From Felis catus (taxonomy: Eukaryota): DNA of 64,000 nucleotides. Below, piece after piece: positions 50,020-62,799 of this stretch. A program made the position numbers and the translations under genes. Below the pieces are notes generated by a model. The model was not told the origin of the DNA, ran no database searches, and saw only the letters and a list, made by a program, of their open reading frames with translations. Numbering within the stretch: the stretch's first letter is position 1; each line of letters begins with the position of its first letter. Location: the NCBI RefSeq assembly GCF_018350175.1, contig NC_058368.1:98768001-98832000 (forward strand). Direction: 5' to 3'.

Positions 50020-50068
50020 CAGTAATGCAAATTCACAGTAATGCAAATTCACAGTAATGCAAATTTCA
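50020..50068. repeat. 16-bp tandem triplication, each unit containing ATGCAAAT
   Basis: (cagtaatgcaaattca) x3, third unit with one extra T. Confidence 0.92.
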
Positions 50069-50089
50069 TGTATTCATTGTCTTAATATT

Positions 50090-50306
50090 TTAATTTTTTT
50101 TTTCAACGTTTATTTATTTTTGGGACAGAGAGAGACAGAGCATGAACGGGGGAGGGGCAGAGAGAGAGGGAGACACAGAATCAGAAACAGGCTCCAGGCT
50201 CTGAGCCATCAGCCCAGAGCCCGACACGGGGCTCGAACTCACAGACCGCAAGATCGTGACCTGGCTGAAGTCTGACGCTTAACCGACTGCGCCACCCAGG
50301 CACCCC
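50090..50306 (-). mobile_element. Young SINEC_Fc-type copy
   Basis: Near-consensus; TSD cttaatattttaa. Confidence 0.96.
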
Positions 50307-51984
50307 TTAATATTTTAAAAGTGTTAGAAAAATATTCTACATTTTGCTTATCCAAATACCATATGCAGAACATGTAGATGTATAGTACCTTTGCCAACAG
50401 TGTTGTTAGAACTAACCCATAGGAATAGCCTTTGCCATGAAAACTATGAAATCTCTGTTTTTGTGAAGAAAAAAATTCACATTGAAGTCTTTCAGAGAAT
50501 TTTCAACAGAACGGGAACCCTGAAAGATAACTTTCCAAAGTCCTAGCACATTTAAGTGGCTGCTGGTTCTCTTTGGTGAAAATTTTCATTGTTTTTCAAA
50601 TTATACGTAATTTATTTTTATAAAGTATCTCCAGAGTCCTGTGACAATGAAGACAGATGCTGAGAAAGCTAATTCTAAAAGAATTCCAAATTTTAAATTC
50701 CTTCTTTCTCTTCCATCTTGTATATTCTGGTTTATTACATTAGACATGCAGGTGTTATATTTCCAAATACAATTCACCTTATTCCATTAAGAGTGCTCAG
50801 GCTCAGGCACAGAGGGGACTCTCAGAATGCTCGCGCACCTTTATTAAACCACAGATAATGTCCCTGTGTACATTCATGCTATGCATGCTCTCATCATAAT
50901 TGAGTTAGACCGGGTAGTTTCTAGTTAGGAAAGATTTCTTCAGAGATGAGAATTTCACATGTTTTCACTAATGCAAAAATAATGTAATATAACCTTCCCA
51001 TTTGCATCATTTTCTGTAATTATCCCTAGGTTTGCTTATGACGAGAGTAATCTTTTTTAATGACTTACTTTATAGCAACGTCTTTCTACTTCCTCAGGGG
51101 TCTGTGAAATCATAGATGCTCACATCACTTTTCTGTTCAAATCTTGCTTTTTTTTTTCCAGATAAAAGCCAAACTCATGGTATTTAGCATGGTATTGAAG
51201 GCACTTTAACACATTTTACCCCTTCTTCACCTCCGTCATCTTCCCTTTCTGTCTTTACCCATGTTCTCCCTTCCTGTCTTGACCCTTCATGTGTCCCCAG
51301 TGCACGCACCCTCCCCCCCCCACACACACACCCCAACACCCACACCCAGCCACTCACGCTTCCAGGACCTTCCCTGACATGTTTTCTCCCACTCTGGTAG
51401 AATTCATTGTTCTTCCCTCTCTCCTCTCAAATTATTTTATCCCGACTTATATTACAGCACTTATCACAGATGGCACAGACATGTCTCCTTCTTTCTTTCT
51501 TCTTCTCTCTCTTTTTTTTTTAATTGACAAAGTTGGGAACTAACATCAGAAAGGAAAGACTCACTTTCACCATTGCATTAATTAGTGAGTCTGCATTAAA
51601 ATCACATCCAAATGACCTCCCTTCAAATCAAATAGTGGTATCAACATCAACATTTCTAGTACCATTATTTTGAGTGTTTGATACATGCTATTATTTCTAT
51701 AGTGTAATTATGTGCTTGAGATTCCATGGAAAGGAGTACCAGAGTTTTCCTGATGTTTTTGACAAATAATTTCATATTCCACATGGATTCTAGGGGAATT
51801 GGGACAAAAAAATGATCTAATTTGCTAACTTCTTCTTCCTTTGTGTTATATACTAAACATCTAGCTTAGTATCTGAGATGTGCAAAGTGAAAACATATGT
51901 CAAAATGTCACTTTAATGAATATGTAGATATTTCTTTAGAAGTGTCAATAAATGAATTGTTTCAGTAATCTTACAAGTTTATTA

Positions 51985-52199
51985 ATTTTTTTAATGTTTA
52001 TTTATTTTGAGGGAGAGAGAGACAGACAGAGCAGGAGCAGGGGAGGGGTAGAGAGAGAAGGAGACACAGAATCAGAAGTAGGATCCAGACTCCAGGCTCT
52101 GAGCTGTCAGCACAGACGCAGCAGTTGAACTCACCAACCATGAAATCATGACCTGAGCCGCAGTTGGACACTTAACCGACTGAGCCATCCAGGCACCCC
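51985..52199 (-). mobile_element. CanSINE
   Basis: TSD acaagtttatt. Confidence 0.94.
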
Positions 52200-52299
52200 A
52201 CAAGTTTATTTTAATGTGTTCTCTTAGTGTCTTCTCTCCAAGAGAGCTGTGTCTGAAAGTATCATATTTTTAAGATGTGCATATATATGTGTATGTGCT

Positions 52300-52555
52300 T
52301 TTATTATTTTTTATGTTTAAATATATATTTATTTTTATCGTTTTATTATTAATTTATTTTTAAATTATTTTAAATATATAATATTTTATTTTGTATTAAT
52401 TTTATCATTTTATTTTATTTATGTCAATTTTAGTTTTTATTTTATTTTAAAATATATTTATTATTTCAAATATTTTATTTTATTATTTTTAAATTTTTAT
52501 CTTTTTAATATATTATTTTTAATTTTTAAAAACTTTAAAATGATTATTTGTTTTA

Positions 52556-52598
<43 letters not shown>

Positions 52599-52599
52599 T
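52300..52599. repeat. AT-rich low-complexity tract ending in (TA)n
   Basis: Almost entirely A/T. Confidence 0.9.
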
Positions 52600-52759
52600 A
52601 GAAGGAGAGGTAAATGAGAAATCTCATGAATATCATTTTTTTTTACAGTCCAAGTTCATCACCCCAAAACTTTATAAATATGCACCAAACTGCAAGCAGT
52701 ACCTATGTAAAAATGTTTTGTTCTGGTATTTTTCATTTGATTTTTAAAGTATTTGTTAT

Positions 52760-53400
52760 TTATTCATTCAATAAATATGTCTGTTCCAGACAAAGGCATA
52801 GGATGCCCTGCCCTCTAGGAGCTTATATTTTCACCAAGGAGACAGGCATTAAAGAGCTAAATGCACAGTTAATCACTATATTAGTGTGAGGTATATGCTG
52901 GGAAGCATAGATATCGGAGCTCTAGGACTGTGGTATAAGACTTGAGAACATTCTGGAAGGGCTCCTTGAAGAGGAGAAATGTGGGCTAATGTTTTAAGGG
53001 TAGGCAAAGTGTGTGAGACTGTGTGTGTGTATTTGGTGTGTGTTTTGTGGAAGGAAACAATGGGGAATGCCTCTGTCTTGGTAGACTTCTATGCCAATTC
53101 CTAGATTCTCCCTCAATGACTTCTGCAAAGATCCAGAGATAGGAGCTTAACATCTTTGAAGCACTGGACGAAATTAAAAGAGAAAAGAGTGAGGAAAGTA
53201 GCATTGGGGCATGCTGGTGTGGAAGACAGGACCCTGATCTGAGGGATATTATGACCTTACTAAGTATTTGTCCTGCATCTCAACAATAGGATACCACGTA
53301 AGGTTTATTTATGTTGTATAAATGTATGTAAGAAATATATATACATTTTTAAAAGCTCTGCCTGACTGCAGTGCAGGGAATAGATTAAATGGAAGGGTGA
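52760..53400 (-). mobile_element. L2 3' portion
   Basis: ttcattcaataaatat...ccctgccctctaggagcttatattt...ggagacaggcattaa. Confidence 0.65.
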
Positions 53401-54696
53401 ATTGGGTAGAGAGGGGGTTTTGCTCATATAACCTTACTCATGATGTTTACAGAATATTTTTATTGAGCTAGTTTAACATCAGTAGGTAGCATAATGCACA
53501 ACCTGAGGTTTATTTCATTCACACTTTTACAAATGCAAAAAGATAGAGGGATTTAGAGCTGTATGCTTGTGTTAACATGTACACTTTCATTAACATGAGT
53601 TACAACCTCATCTTGAATATTGTTAACATAATGGAATCTTATCGAAGTGTACACTCACAAAGTGCAAGGAGATGAGTCTTTTACATCTATTAAGTTGCTA
53701 AAGCAATTATGATGAGGAATGTTTCCTTTTCCACACTTTACAAGCAGCCTCTGTGGAAGCATGTTGCCTGTTAAAATAACATGATACCTTATGAAAGTTA
53801 GTAAAGGCATTTCAGCCATTATAATCTGCGGATAATGTTTGTTACAGGGGAAAGAAAAGTCATAAATACATCGCTTGCTGAAACTGATAGACAAGTAAAT
53901 GTGGGACTTACATCATGCGTAGTACATTTTAATTATAGGAAGCTAAGCTATGCTTTAATGGCACTTTGTCTCCCCTAATTGTTTTACATTTATTCTAAAG
54001 AGTAAGCATTTAGCTGGCATGTGACCATGAGAAATTGTGTATAGGCATACCTCGGAGATATTGTGGGGTCAGTTCCAGAACACTGCAATCAAGTAAATAT
54101 CCCAATAAAGCAAGTCAAATGAGTTGTTTTTTTTTTCTTTTTGGTTTCTCAGTGCATATAAAAGTTATGTTTACACTATACTGTAGTCAGTGAAGTGTGC
54201 AATAGCATTATGTCTTAAAAAAACAATGTCCATACCTTAATTTAAAACAATTTTATTGCTAAAAAAATGCTAGCCATCATCTGAGCTTTCAGCTGATTAT
54301 CATGTCTTTGCTGATGGAATATCTTGCCTTGATATTGATGGCTGCTGATGGGTCAGGGTGGTCACAGGGGTGGTTGCTAAAGGGAGGAGTGGCTGTGGCA
54401 GTTTCTTAAAGTGATGACACAGTGTCATTTGCCACATTGACTTTTCCTTTCATGAATGATTTCTCTGTAGCATGTGATGTTGTTTGGTAGCATTTTACCT
54501 ACACTATTGACTTTGGAGTCAATCTTCTCAAACCCTGTCCCTGCTGTATCAATTAAGTGTATGTTGTCATGTTGTCAATCCTCTGTTGTATTTCAGTAAC
54601 CTTCACAGCATCTTCCTGAGGAGTAGATTCCATCTCAAGAAACCACTTTGTTCATCCATCAAAAGCAGCTCATAATCCATTCAAGTTTTATCATGA

Positions 54697-54895
54697 GGGG
54701 TGCCTGGGTGGCTCAGTCGGTTGAGCATCCAACTCTTGATTTTGGCTCAGGTCATGATCTCATGGCTCAGGAGTTCAAGCCCCATGTTGGGATCTGCACT
54801 GACAGTGTAGAGCCTGCTTGGGATTCTCTTTCTCCTTCTCTCTCTGCCCTTCGCTCACTTGCATGCTCACTCGTGTGTGCGCTCTCTCTCTCTCG

Positions 54896-54933
<38 letters not shown>

Positions 54934-54945
54934 AGGTTTGTTAAA
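54697..54945 (+). mobile_element. CanSINE in Tigger1
   Basis: TSD aagttttatcatgag. Confidence 0.95.
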
Positions 54946-56386
54946 AAGTTTTATCATGAGACTGCACCAGTTCAGTTTCATCTTCTGGCTCCATTTGTAA
55001 TGCTAGTTCTCTTGCTGTTTCTACCATAATGTGGTGATTTCCTCCACTGAAGCCTTGAACCCCTCACAGTTTCCCATGAGAGTAGAAATCAACTTCTTCC
55101 AGACTCCTGTGAATGTTGATATTTTGACTTTAACCAGTGAATCACAGATGTTCTTCGTGGCATCTAGAATGATGAATCCTTTCCAGAAGATTTTTTACTC
55201 ACTTTGCCCAGATATGTCAGAGGAATCATTGTCTATGGCAGCTATAGCCTTGTGCAGTGTGTTTCTTCAATAATGAAGACTTGATCCATGGGCTGCAGAA
55301 TGGTTTTGTGTTAGCAGGAATGAAAACAGTGTCAGTGTCATTGTATCTTTCCATCAGAGCTTTTAGGTGACCAGGTGCAGTCATATTTTGAAAGGGATCT
55401 TGAGTTTTTTTGTTGTTATTTTTGTTTTGTCTTTTCCTGGGCAGTAGTTCTCAACAGTAGGCTTAAAATATTCAGTAAATCATGTTGTAAACAGATGTGC
55501 TGTCATCCTGTCTTTGTTGTTCCATTTATAGAGCACAGGCATTTAGCATAATTCTTAAAGGCCCTAGGATTTTTGAAAATGGTGAATGAGCCTGGCTTCA
55601 ACTTAAAGTCACCAGCTGCATTAGCCCCTAACAAGACAGTTAGCCTGTCGTTTGATGCTTTGAAGCCAGGTACCAACTTCTCTTCTCCGTGAAAGTCCTA
55701 GATGGCGTCTTCTTACAAAATCAGGGCTGTTTCATCTACAGTGAAAATATGTTGTTGAATGTGGCCACCTTCATGAATGATTTTAGCTAGATCTTCTGGA
55801 TAACTTGCTCCGGCTTCTACACCAGCCCTTCCTGCTTCTTGTTGCTGTTTTATGTTGGAGAGCTGGCTTCTTTGCTTAAACCTCATGAGCCTACACCTGC
55901 TAGCTTCAGACTTTTCTTCTGTAACTTCTTCACCTCTGTCAGCCTTCATAGACTTGATGAGAGTTTTGGCTTAAGGGAATGTTGTGGCTGGTTTGATCTC
56001 CTATCCAGACCAGTAAGACTTCCCCCGTATCAGCAGTAAGACTGTTTTGCTTTCTTATCTTTCATGTGTTTAGCAGAGTAGCACTTTTAGTTTCCTTCAA
56101 GAACTTTCCCTTTGTGTTCACAATTGGCTGTCCCATTCAAGAGGCCTAGGTTTCAGCCTTTCTCAGCATTTGACGTGCCTTCCTCACCGAGCTTGATCAT
56201 CTCTAGCTTTTGATTTCAAGTGACATGTGTGTGGCTTTCTCTTTCACTTACACACTTCCAGGCCATTGTTGGGTTATTACTTGGCCTAATTTCAATATTG
56301 TTGTGTCTCAGGGAATAGGGGGCCCAAGGAGAGGGAGAGAGATGGGGGAACAGCAGGTCAGTAGAGCCATCAGAACATACACACTA

Positions 56387-56608
56387 TTTTTTTTTAATTT
56401 TTTTTTTAACGTTTATTTATTTTTGAGACAGAGAGAGACAGAGCATGAACGGGGGAGGGTCAGAGAGAGGGAGAGACAGAATCTGAAACAGGCTCCAGGC
56501 TCTGAGCTGTCAGCACAGAGCCTGACGCGGGGCTTGAACTCATGGGCCGCAATATCATGACCTGAGCCGAAGTCGGCCGCTTAACCGACTGAGCCACCCA
56601 GGCGCCCC
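56387..56608 (-). mobile_element. CanSINE in Tigger1
   Basis: TSD acatacacactattt. Confidence 0.95.
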
Positions 56609-56820
56609 TACATACACACTATTTATTGATCAATTTTATAATCTTTTATGAGCATGGTTTATGGTGCCCCAAAACAATTACAATAGAAATATCAAAGATA
56701 CTTTGTCACAGATCAACCTAACAAATATAACAGCGATGAAACTGTAATACAGTGAAAATTACCAAAATGTACACCAGAGGCATGACGTGAGCAGATGCTG
56801 CTGGAAAAATGATGCCAGCA

Positions 56821-57016
56821 GGGGCACCTGGGTGGCTCACTTAGTTGAGTATCTGAGTTTGGCTCAGGTCATGATCTCGCAGTTCATGAGTTAGAGCCCC
56901 TCATTGGGCTCTCTGCTCTCAACACACAGCCTACTTCAGATCCTCTGTCTCCCTCTCTCTCTGTCCCTCCCCTGCTTGCACTCTCTCTCTCAAAATAAAT
57001 AAATAAACTTAAAAAA
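56821..57016 (+). mobile_element. CanSINE in Tigger1
   Basis: TSD aaaaatgatgcca(g/a)ca. Confidence 0.95.
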
Positions 57017-57741
57017 AATGATGCCAACAGACTTGCTCGATTCAGGTTGCCACAGACCTTCAATTTGTACAAATTGCAATATCTGCAAAGTGCAGTAAAG
57101 CAAATCACAATAATAAAATGAAGTATGCCTGTATAATCATCCGAAAGATTTCTACTTCCTTCGGGAGCATCTCAGAAATGCTTACAGTTCTATGCGGAAG
57201 TGATTTAAATGAAATCAGGTACTTTGTGTTATGGGCTTAAAAAAAAATCAAACTTCCTGGTATTGAAAATTGCAGAGTTAAAAGTTTTGGATGATTTAAT
57301 GGTTCGAGTAACATGACCTGTTGAAATGTGTGATTTTCCAAGGCTGCCAGGGTCCATTAACATTTTTGGACAAATAATGTATGGAATTAAATTTTGTAGT
57401 TAGATACAGGCTCTCTACATACTATCAATACTCTGGCTGTAAAGTAAGTTATGACTTAAAGGAAATGAACCTACTGAAACGTGTGTCTGTCTGTATTTCT
57501 CCCTCAAAGCACTAACTTCATGCTTTTTTGTTTTGTTTTGTTTTGTTTTTGACGGTGCCATAAACCTCAACCTTCCGAGGACTCACCTTTAATGTTGCAA
57601 TTTATGGCATTTAAACTCCTTAATGTGGCCTACCGCCCCACCCCCACCCAACCTGGCCTTTATCTGTTTTCACCGTTGTGTCATGTTCTCTTGCCATTTC
57701 CTACTTCATTCTTTAGGAACACATGAAAACTCGTACTTCAC

Positions 57742-57916
57742 AGGTGCCTGGGTACCTCTGTTGGTTAAGCGTCCGACTCTTGATTTGGGCTCAGGTCATG
57801 ATCTCATGGTTCATGAGTTTGAGCCCCATACTGACAGTACAGAGGCTGCTTGGGATTCTCTCTCTCTGCCTCTCCGACCCCCCTCTCTAAAAATAAATAA
57901 ATAAACTTAAAAAAAA
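57742..57916 (+). mobile_element. CanSINE, internally deleted
   Basis: Flanking repeat gtacttca. Confidence 0.92.
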
Positions 57917-58371
57917 CCATGTACTTCATACCTTCATGCTGTTGCCTCTGCCAAGAAATTCCTTTTCCTCCAAATTTTATTTTATCTTTCGAGTCTTCTC
58001 CCAGGTGTCATCTGACTTGAAACTATCTCTGACCAATGCTGCCAATTGACCTGCTTGGAAAGAGTAAATCACTCCTGCTTTTCTATACTTGCAAGTCCTG
58101 TTAACTCGCAATGTATCATAAAGATTCGCCTCCATGGGGAAGAAGTAGGACTCATTCATCCTTTATCTTAGATTTTCTTGGGTCTGATTTTAACCATTAT
58201 CAAGCTAGTTACATGCACTCATATCCTCATCTCCAAATCAGGTTCTTCATAAGGATGTACCTTTACCCAAGGCACTTTATCATCTTTACCCAATATCTAG
58301 TCCTTTTCCCCAGACATAACCCCTTTTAGCTATTTGTCTTTATTTTCTACCTAGGTAATATGCTCAAGCAC

Positions 58372-58596
58372 TTTAAAAAAAATTTTTTTTTACATTTATT
58401 TATTTTTTGAGAGTCAGAGAGAGACAGAGCATGAGTCGGGGAAGAGTAGAGAGAGAAGGAGACACAGAATTGGAAGCAGGCTTCAGGCTCCGAGCTGTCA
58501 GCACAGAGCCCCACGCGGGGCTCAAACCCACAAATGGGGAGATCATGACCTGAGCCGAAGTCAGACGTCCAACTGACTGAGACACCCAGGTGCCCC
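58372..58596 (-). mobile_element. CanSINE
   Basis: Reverse SINE ending cacccaggtgcccc. Confidence 0.95.
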
Positions 58597-59302
58597 TCAG
58601 ACACTTTTTTTTTTTAACCTCAACTCATATCAGTTGGCTTATTTTTATGGACTATGAAGAATTGATCCTTTGTTTTTTCCATACGTTGGAGAGATCAATC
58701 AATAACCAATAATCTTAATAGTAAAAATAGAAGGAAGCAGTGTTAATGAACTTGTAAAGAAATGATTTTAAACATATGTCTCTAAACTGAAGCCTCCCAG
58801 AAGGAAATTCGATTCACAATTCAAATGAATTCTCTTCTTACACAATTGTAACCAACCACACTGCCCCATATCACTGCTGTGTTACCAATTTCCAATTATA
58901 TGACCTGTTGAATGTAATCCATTATTATTTTTTCTTGGAGCTTTCTGATTCCCTGTTTTCATTTAAAATAATTGGTTTTTAGGTCTGTGGCACAGGTCAT
59001 TCTTAAATTGTTTGCTTTCACGTTTCTGTGTTATAATGTTTCTTGGTCTAATGAGGTGTTCCTTTCTTGGATTCCATTTTACTGTGTTACTGTAGGTTAT
59101 TCATGTTTGAAGAGCAGACAGAAGGGATGTAAACTGGCCTTGTTCCTAATATCTAAAAATATTTTAATTTTCACTTACAGTGAGTTATTAATTTAGCCAG
59201 TTGTGGAATTGGGGCTGAAATCACTCTAACCAGAACCTTTGAAGTTACTGGTAAAAATATTTTTCATCATTCATTCATCCTAAGGAACTGTGGTGATCTC
59301 AT

Positions 59303-59511
59303 TTTCTTTTTTTTTTTTTTTTCTAATGTTTATTATTTATTGAGAGACAGAGCACAAGTGAGGCAGAAGTGTTGGAGACACGGAATCTGAAGCAGGCTCC
59401 AGGCTCCGAGCTCTCAGCACAGAGCCTGGTGGGGGGTTCGAACTTGTGAAATGTGAGATCATAACATGAGCTGAAGTTGGATGCTTAACTGACTGAACCA
59501 CACAGGCGCCC
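59303..59511 (-). mobile_element. CanSINE
   Basis: TSD tggt(g/t)atctca(t/c)tttc. Confidence 0.94.
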
Positions 59512-62500
59512 TGGTTATCTCACTTTCGTTTCTTTCTGCATGTCCTGGGTTAGTTTGGTAGATGATCGAATTTGTTTTCTTTTTCATTTATCCTGATGAG
59601 CCCTCAGTTGATGCTTTCCTACTGAAGGTCCAGTTGTATAATCAACTATGAATTTCTTTTCTGTTATTAATACTTTGACCATTTCCATATCACATATCCC
59701 TCACCCCCGCCTTTTTCTGGAACTTCCCAACCAGTTGGAGGCCCAGGATAGATTTTTTTGCTCTCCATGTCTTTTAACTTTTTTCTTGTATTTTCCTTTC
59801 ATTAAAAAAAAAAAAAAAAACACATTCTTGTTTTATGGTTGCGAATATTTCTTAGATTGTATCTATCAGGCTTTCTATGAATCTTTTTCAATTTAGCATT
59901 TATGTTTTATATTCCCAGTATTTCTCTTATGTCTTCTGTATTCTTTTATAACTGTGTGTTCTTATTTTATAGCTGTAAGACATTCTCAAATCTCTGTAGC
60001 CCATTAATTAGAGTGACTGTAAAGTTCTCTTTGGCTCATTAATAATGGCAGTTTCATCTTCGGTATTGATCTATACATTCATCCTGATTTTTCTCTTTTG
60101 TGCTATTGTTTACCCCAAATTATCTTATGATCCTCAGGCGTATATTTACAGTATATAGATGTCTTGTAGTCTTTCCCATAATAGGATGGCACAATGCTGA
60201 TTGAATGTTCTGAAAATGTCACATGGGTGTCCACTAGTTCAGAGTATGTGGATAGAGAGAAACTAGCTGTCCTTACCTCAGTTCCAGCACGTTCCCAACT
60301 AAAACATAACGGAGAAGAGTTCTGCTCTGAGTTACCAACTACACTCAGCCTACTTATCCAGACACATTGTTCAATTTCCTTATAGCTTGAATCTCAGGTT
60401 TTCTTTGGGGTATGGACTATTACCATGTTGCTAGCCTTGCTGCCCTTAAAAGAGCATGAGGCCATTCGACACAGTGTTTTTCACTGTGAATTACAGCCAC
60501 TCAATAGCTTCACACTCTACTTTTTACGTTACTTCTCACTCTCGCTCTGTCTATATCCCACTTGCAGATCTGAAATTCTTCTGAGGCTCCATCAGTGCTT
60601 TTTTCACCTTTTTATTAATTCATCCATGTATTTATAAAAACCTCTGATCCATATATATACCCCACTTTGAGAAAATTTTCTGAATTTGTTGCTTTTTTCC
60701 CCCTGTACTCTCATTTAAATATGATTTGGAGAGGAAGATACTAAGTACAGAATATCAGTCCCTATTAAACAAAAAGCCTTTTTTTTTTTAGTCCTCAGTG
60801 CCTCATGTAATAACAGATGAATAGTATTTGCCTAAGAAATATTTGTTGAACCCAACTGAACACACAGAAAATAAGACAAATTGCATTATAGCTTTATCTT
60901 GCTTTTCTATTGATCAGGCTTGACAGGAATGATGGTGTTGTTTTTGTTTTCAATCTTGTTTACTTCTTTACTTCTGCTTGCAACTTATTTTTCCTTTCCT
61001 TCCCCTACGGTCTTCTGTTCAGTTTCTCAAATTCCACCATTGAGCATGGTCTATAGCTATGGGGAGGGAATGTTTTCAGCTGTCTCTTTCTCTTGGTAGA
61101 AATTCCTATGACTCCCATTCATTTCTCTTTTTAGATCTTTGCTTCTGATGCCACATATTTAAAATGTGGTTGTTTTGACAAATCAACATCAAAGACCTTA
61201 GAAGAATGCATAAATTTTCTTGTATAGACTCAAGTTGGGGTTAAATTCTTTCTTTCCTCTCATTAAGTTTGTAATTGAAATGCTTATAGTTGAGAGTTGT
61301 TACTGAAGAGACCCTAGAGAAAGATTCACTCAAATTTAAAGACCATTTTCTTTGTTTTTGAGGCAATTGAACTATGTATTATGTGGTTTTTATTTAAACA
61401 AGATAAGTAGGATTTAGAAAAGTTCTAAATACATCTAGAGCAATATAGACAGATATTTAAAGATACACATAACACTTAAAGTATCTTCATTGTTTGGGAG
61501 AGTGACTGAAATGTTCTCTGTGCCAAACTGTGGAGCTAGGCTTGAAGAGTCAACAACATAGGAGGAGAGGTTGTCACGTGTCACCAATGCTTTATTTCTG
61601 CCTTCCTTTTTCTCTGCCTAATCCACTCCTTTGTGCCTTCCTGAAACCATCTGAAATTGGTGAGTTTGAAGACCTTGAAAACCAGACCCCAGCTGGGAAA
61701 GCTAGGAAGGAGGGTTGGAAAGGAGGTCAAGACATGACTTTTCTCCCAGAGACTACTTTTGTCCAGTTCTCTCGCCCAGCATATTACCTATTCTGTGCAA
61801 TCAGTGCTCTCTGCCAGGGAAACAGATGGAAATCCATGCTTACATGGTCTGAGTGGAACACATATAAATAGATAATTCCAATCTATTAATAAAATAATGA
61901 AAGGATATAATAAAAAGGAATTAACAAAAGGATAAAGCCACGTGAGAACATAGGTAAAGGATCTCCTAATTCCTTTTTTCATTCTGGGTAAATCTGTTTC
62001 TCCCAAATTTCACTCTAATGATTACTCTACATCATCTTTATTTTTATTCTTCGTAGTTTAGTATTCATAGAATTAATAGAAATGACTTTTGGATTTCCAC
62101 AAATAACTTAGATCACATGATCACTTCATTTCTGCCAAATCTGCTTCTCTTTTACGAAGATATTTAGGGCTATTCCCCAGACGTGAAAACCTTGAGCTTA
62201 TGCGATTCCTAAATCACAGTTACCATTATTCTTAATTATTCTACAATCAAACCATAGCTTCCTTGTGTGTGATGTTAACCAGAACCTGCTAGAATCATCA
62301 AGCACATCACCTGCCCTTGTCCTTTCTTTAACTCTCTCTGCCAATGCCATTAGCAGATTCCTCTATCAACCTGAGTAGCCACAATTAGACAGATGGCTCA
62401 GTTTCATGTTTGAGGCACACGTTTGTCCTTTGCGTCTAACGGTTAGGTGTGCCTGTTCTTCGACTGATGACCAATGTCTTGTTTCTTCTCACCTCCCAAT

Positions 62501-62799
62501 ATCTGCCAATAATCTGTCCCTCTAGTCCTACTTTCTCTCATTTTGTTTTCTCTTTAATTCCATTGTGCCTGTGATTATGATTCCTTTCGTCGCAATATGA
62601 TACTTTAAAAGAGTTTCGGGAAACACTGAAGCGTAATTGTAAGGACACAGTGTATTCCTTGTCTAGCTAATTTATTCCTCTCTCTCTTGGCTGCCATAGA
62701 ATCTAACCAGCCAAGCAAATAAACCTCAGCACCTTTCAATATGTTCTCCACATAGCAGCTCTAAGAATTACTTATATTCTTTCTTTCTAACTTTATTTA

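Larger units (their letters stand above)
54042..57131 (-). mobile_element. Near full-length Tigger1 DNA transposon (dead transposase) carrying three SINE insertions
   Basis: TIRs (c>t)AGGCATACCTC at 54042 and AAGTATGCCTG ending at 57131, each flanked by TA; ORF 55713-55949 (EEKSEASR..LMRFKQRS.L.NIK..EA..A.VEA.ASYPEDLAKII.EGG...QHIFTVDETAL) is Tigger1 transposase-like. Confidence 0.95.

Noticed and set aside
50417..50519. Minus-strand 103-nt open segment between tttcag and gttagt
   Set aside because: Weak splice sites, unrecognised peptide and no partner exons.
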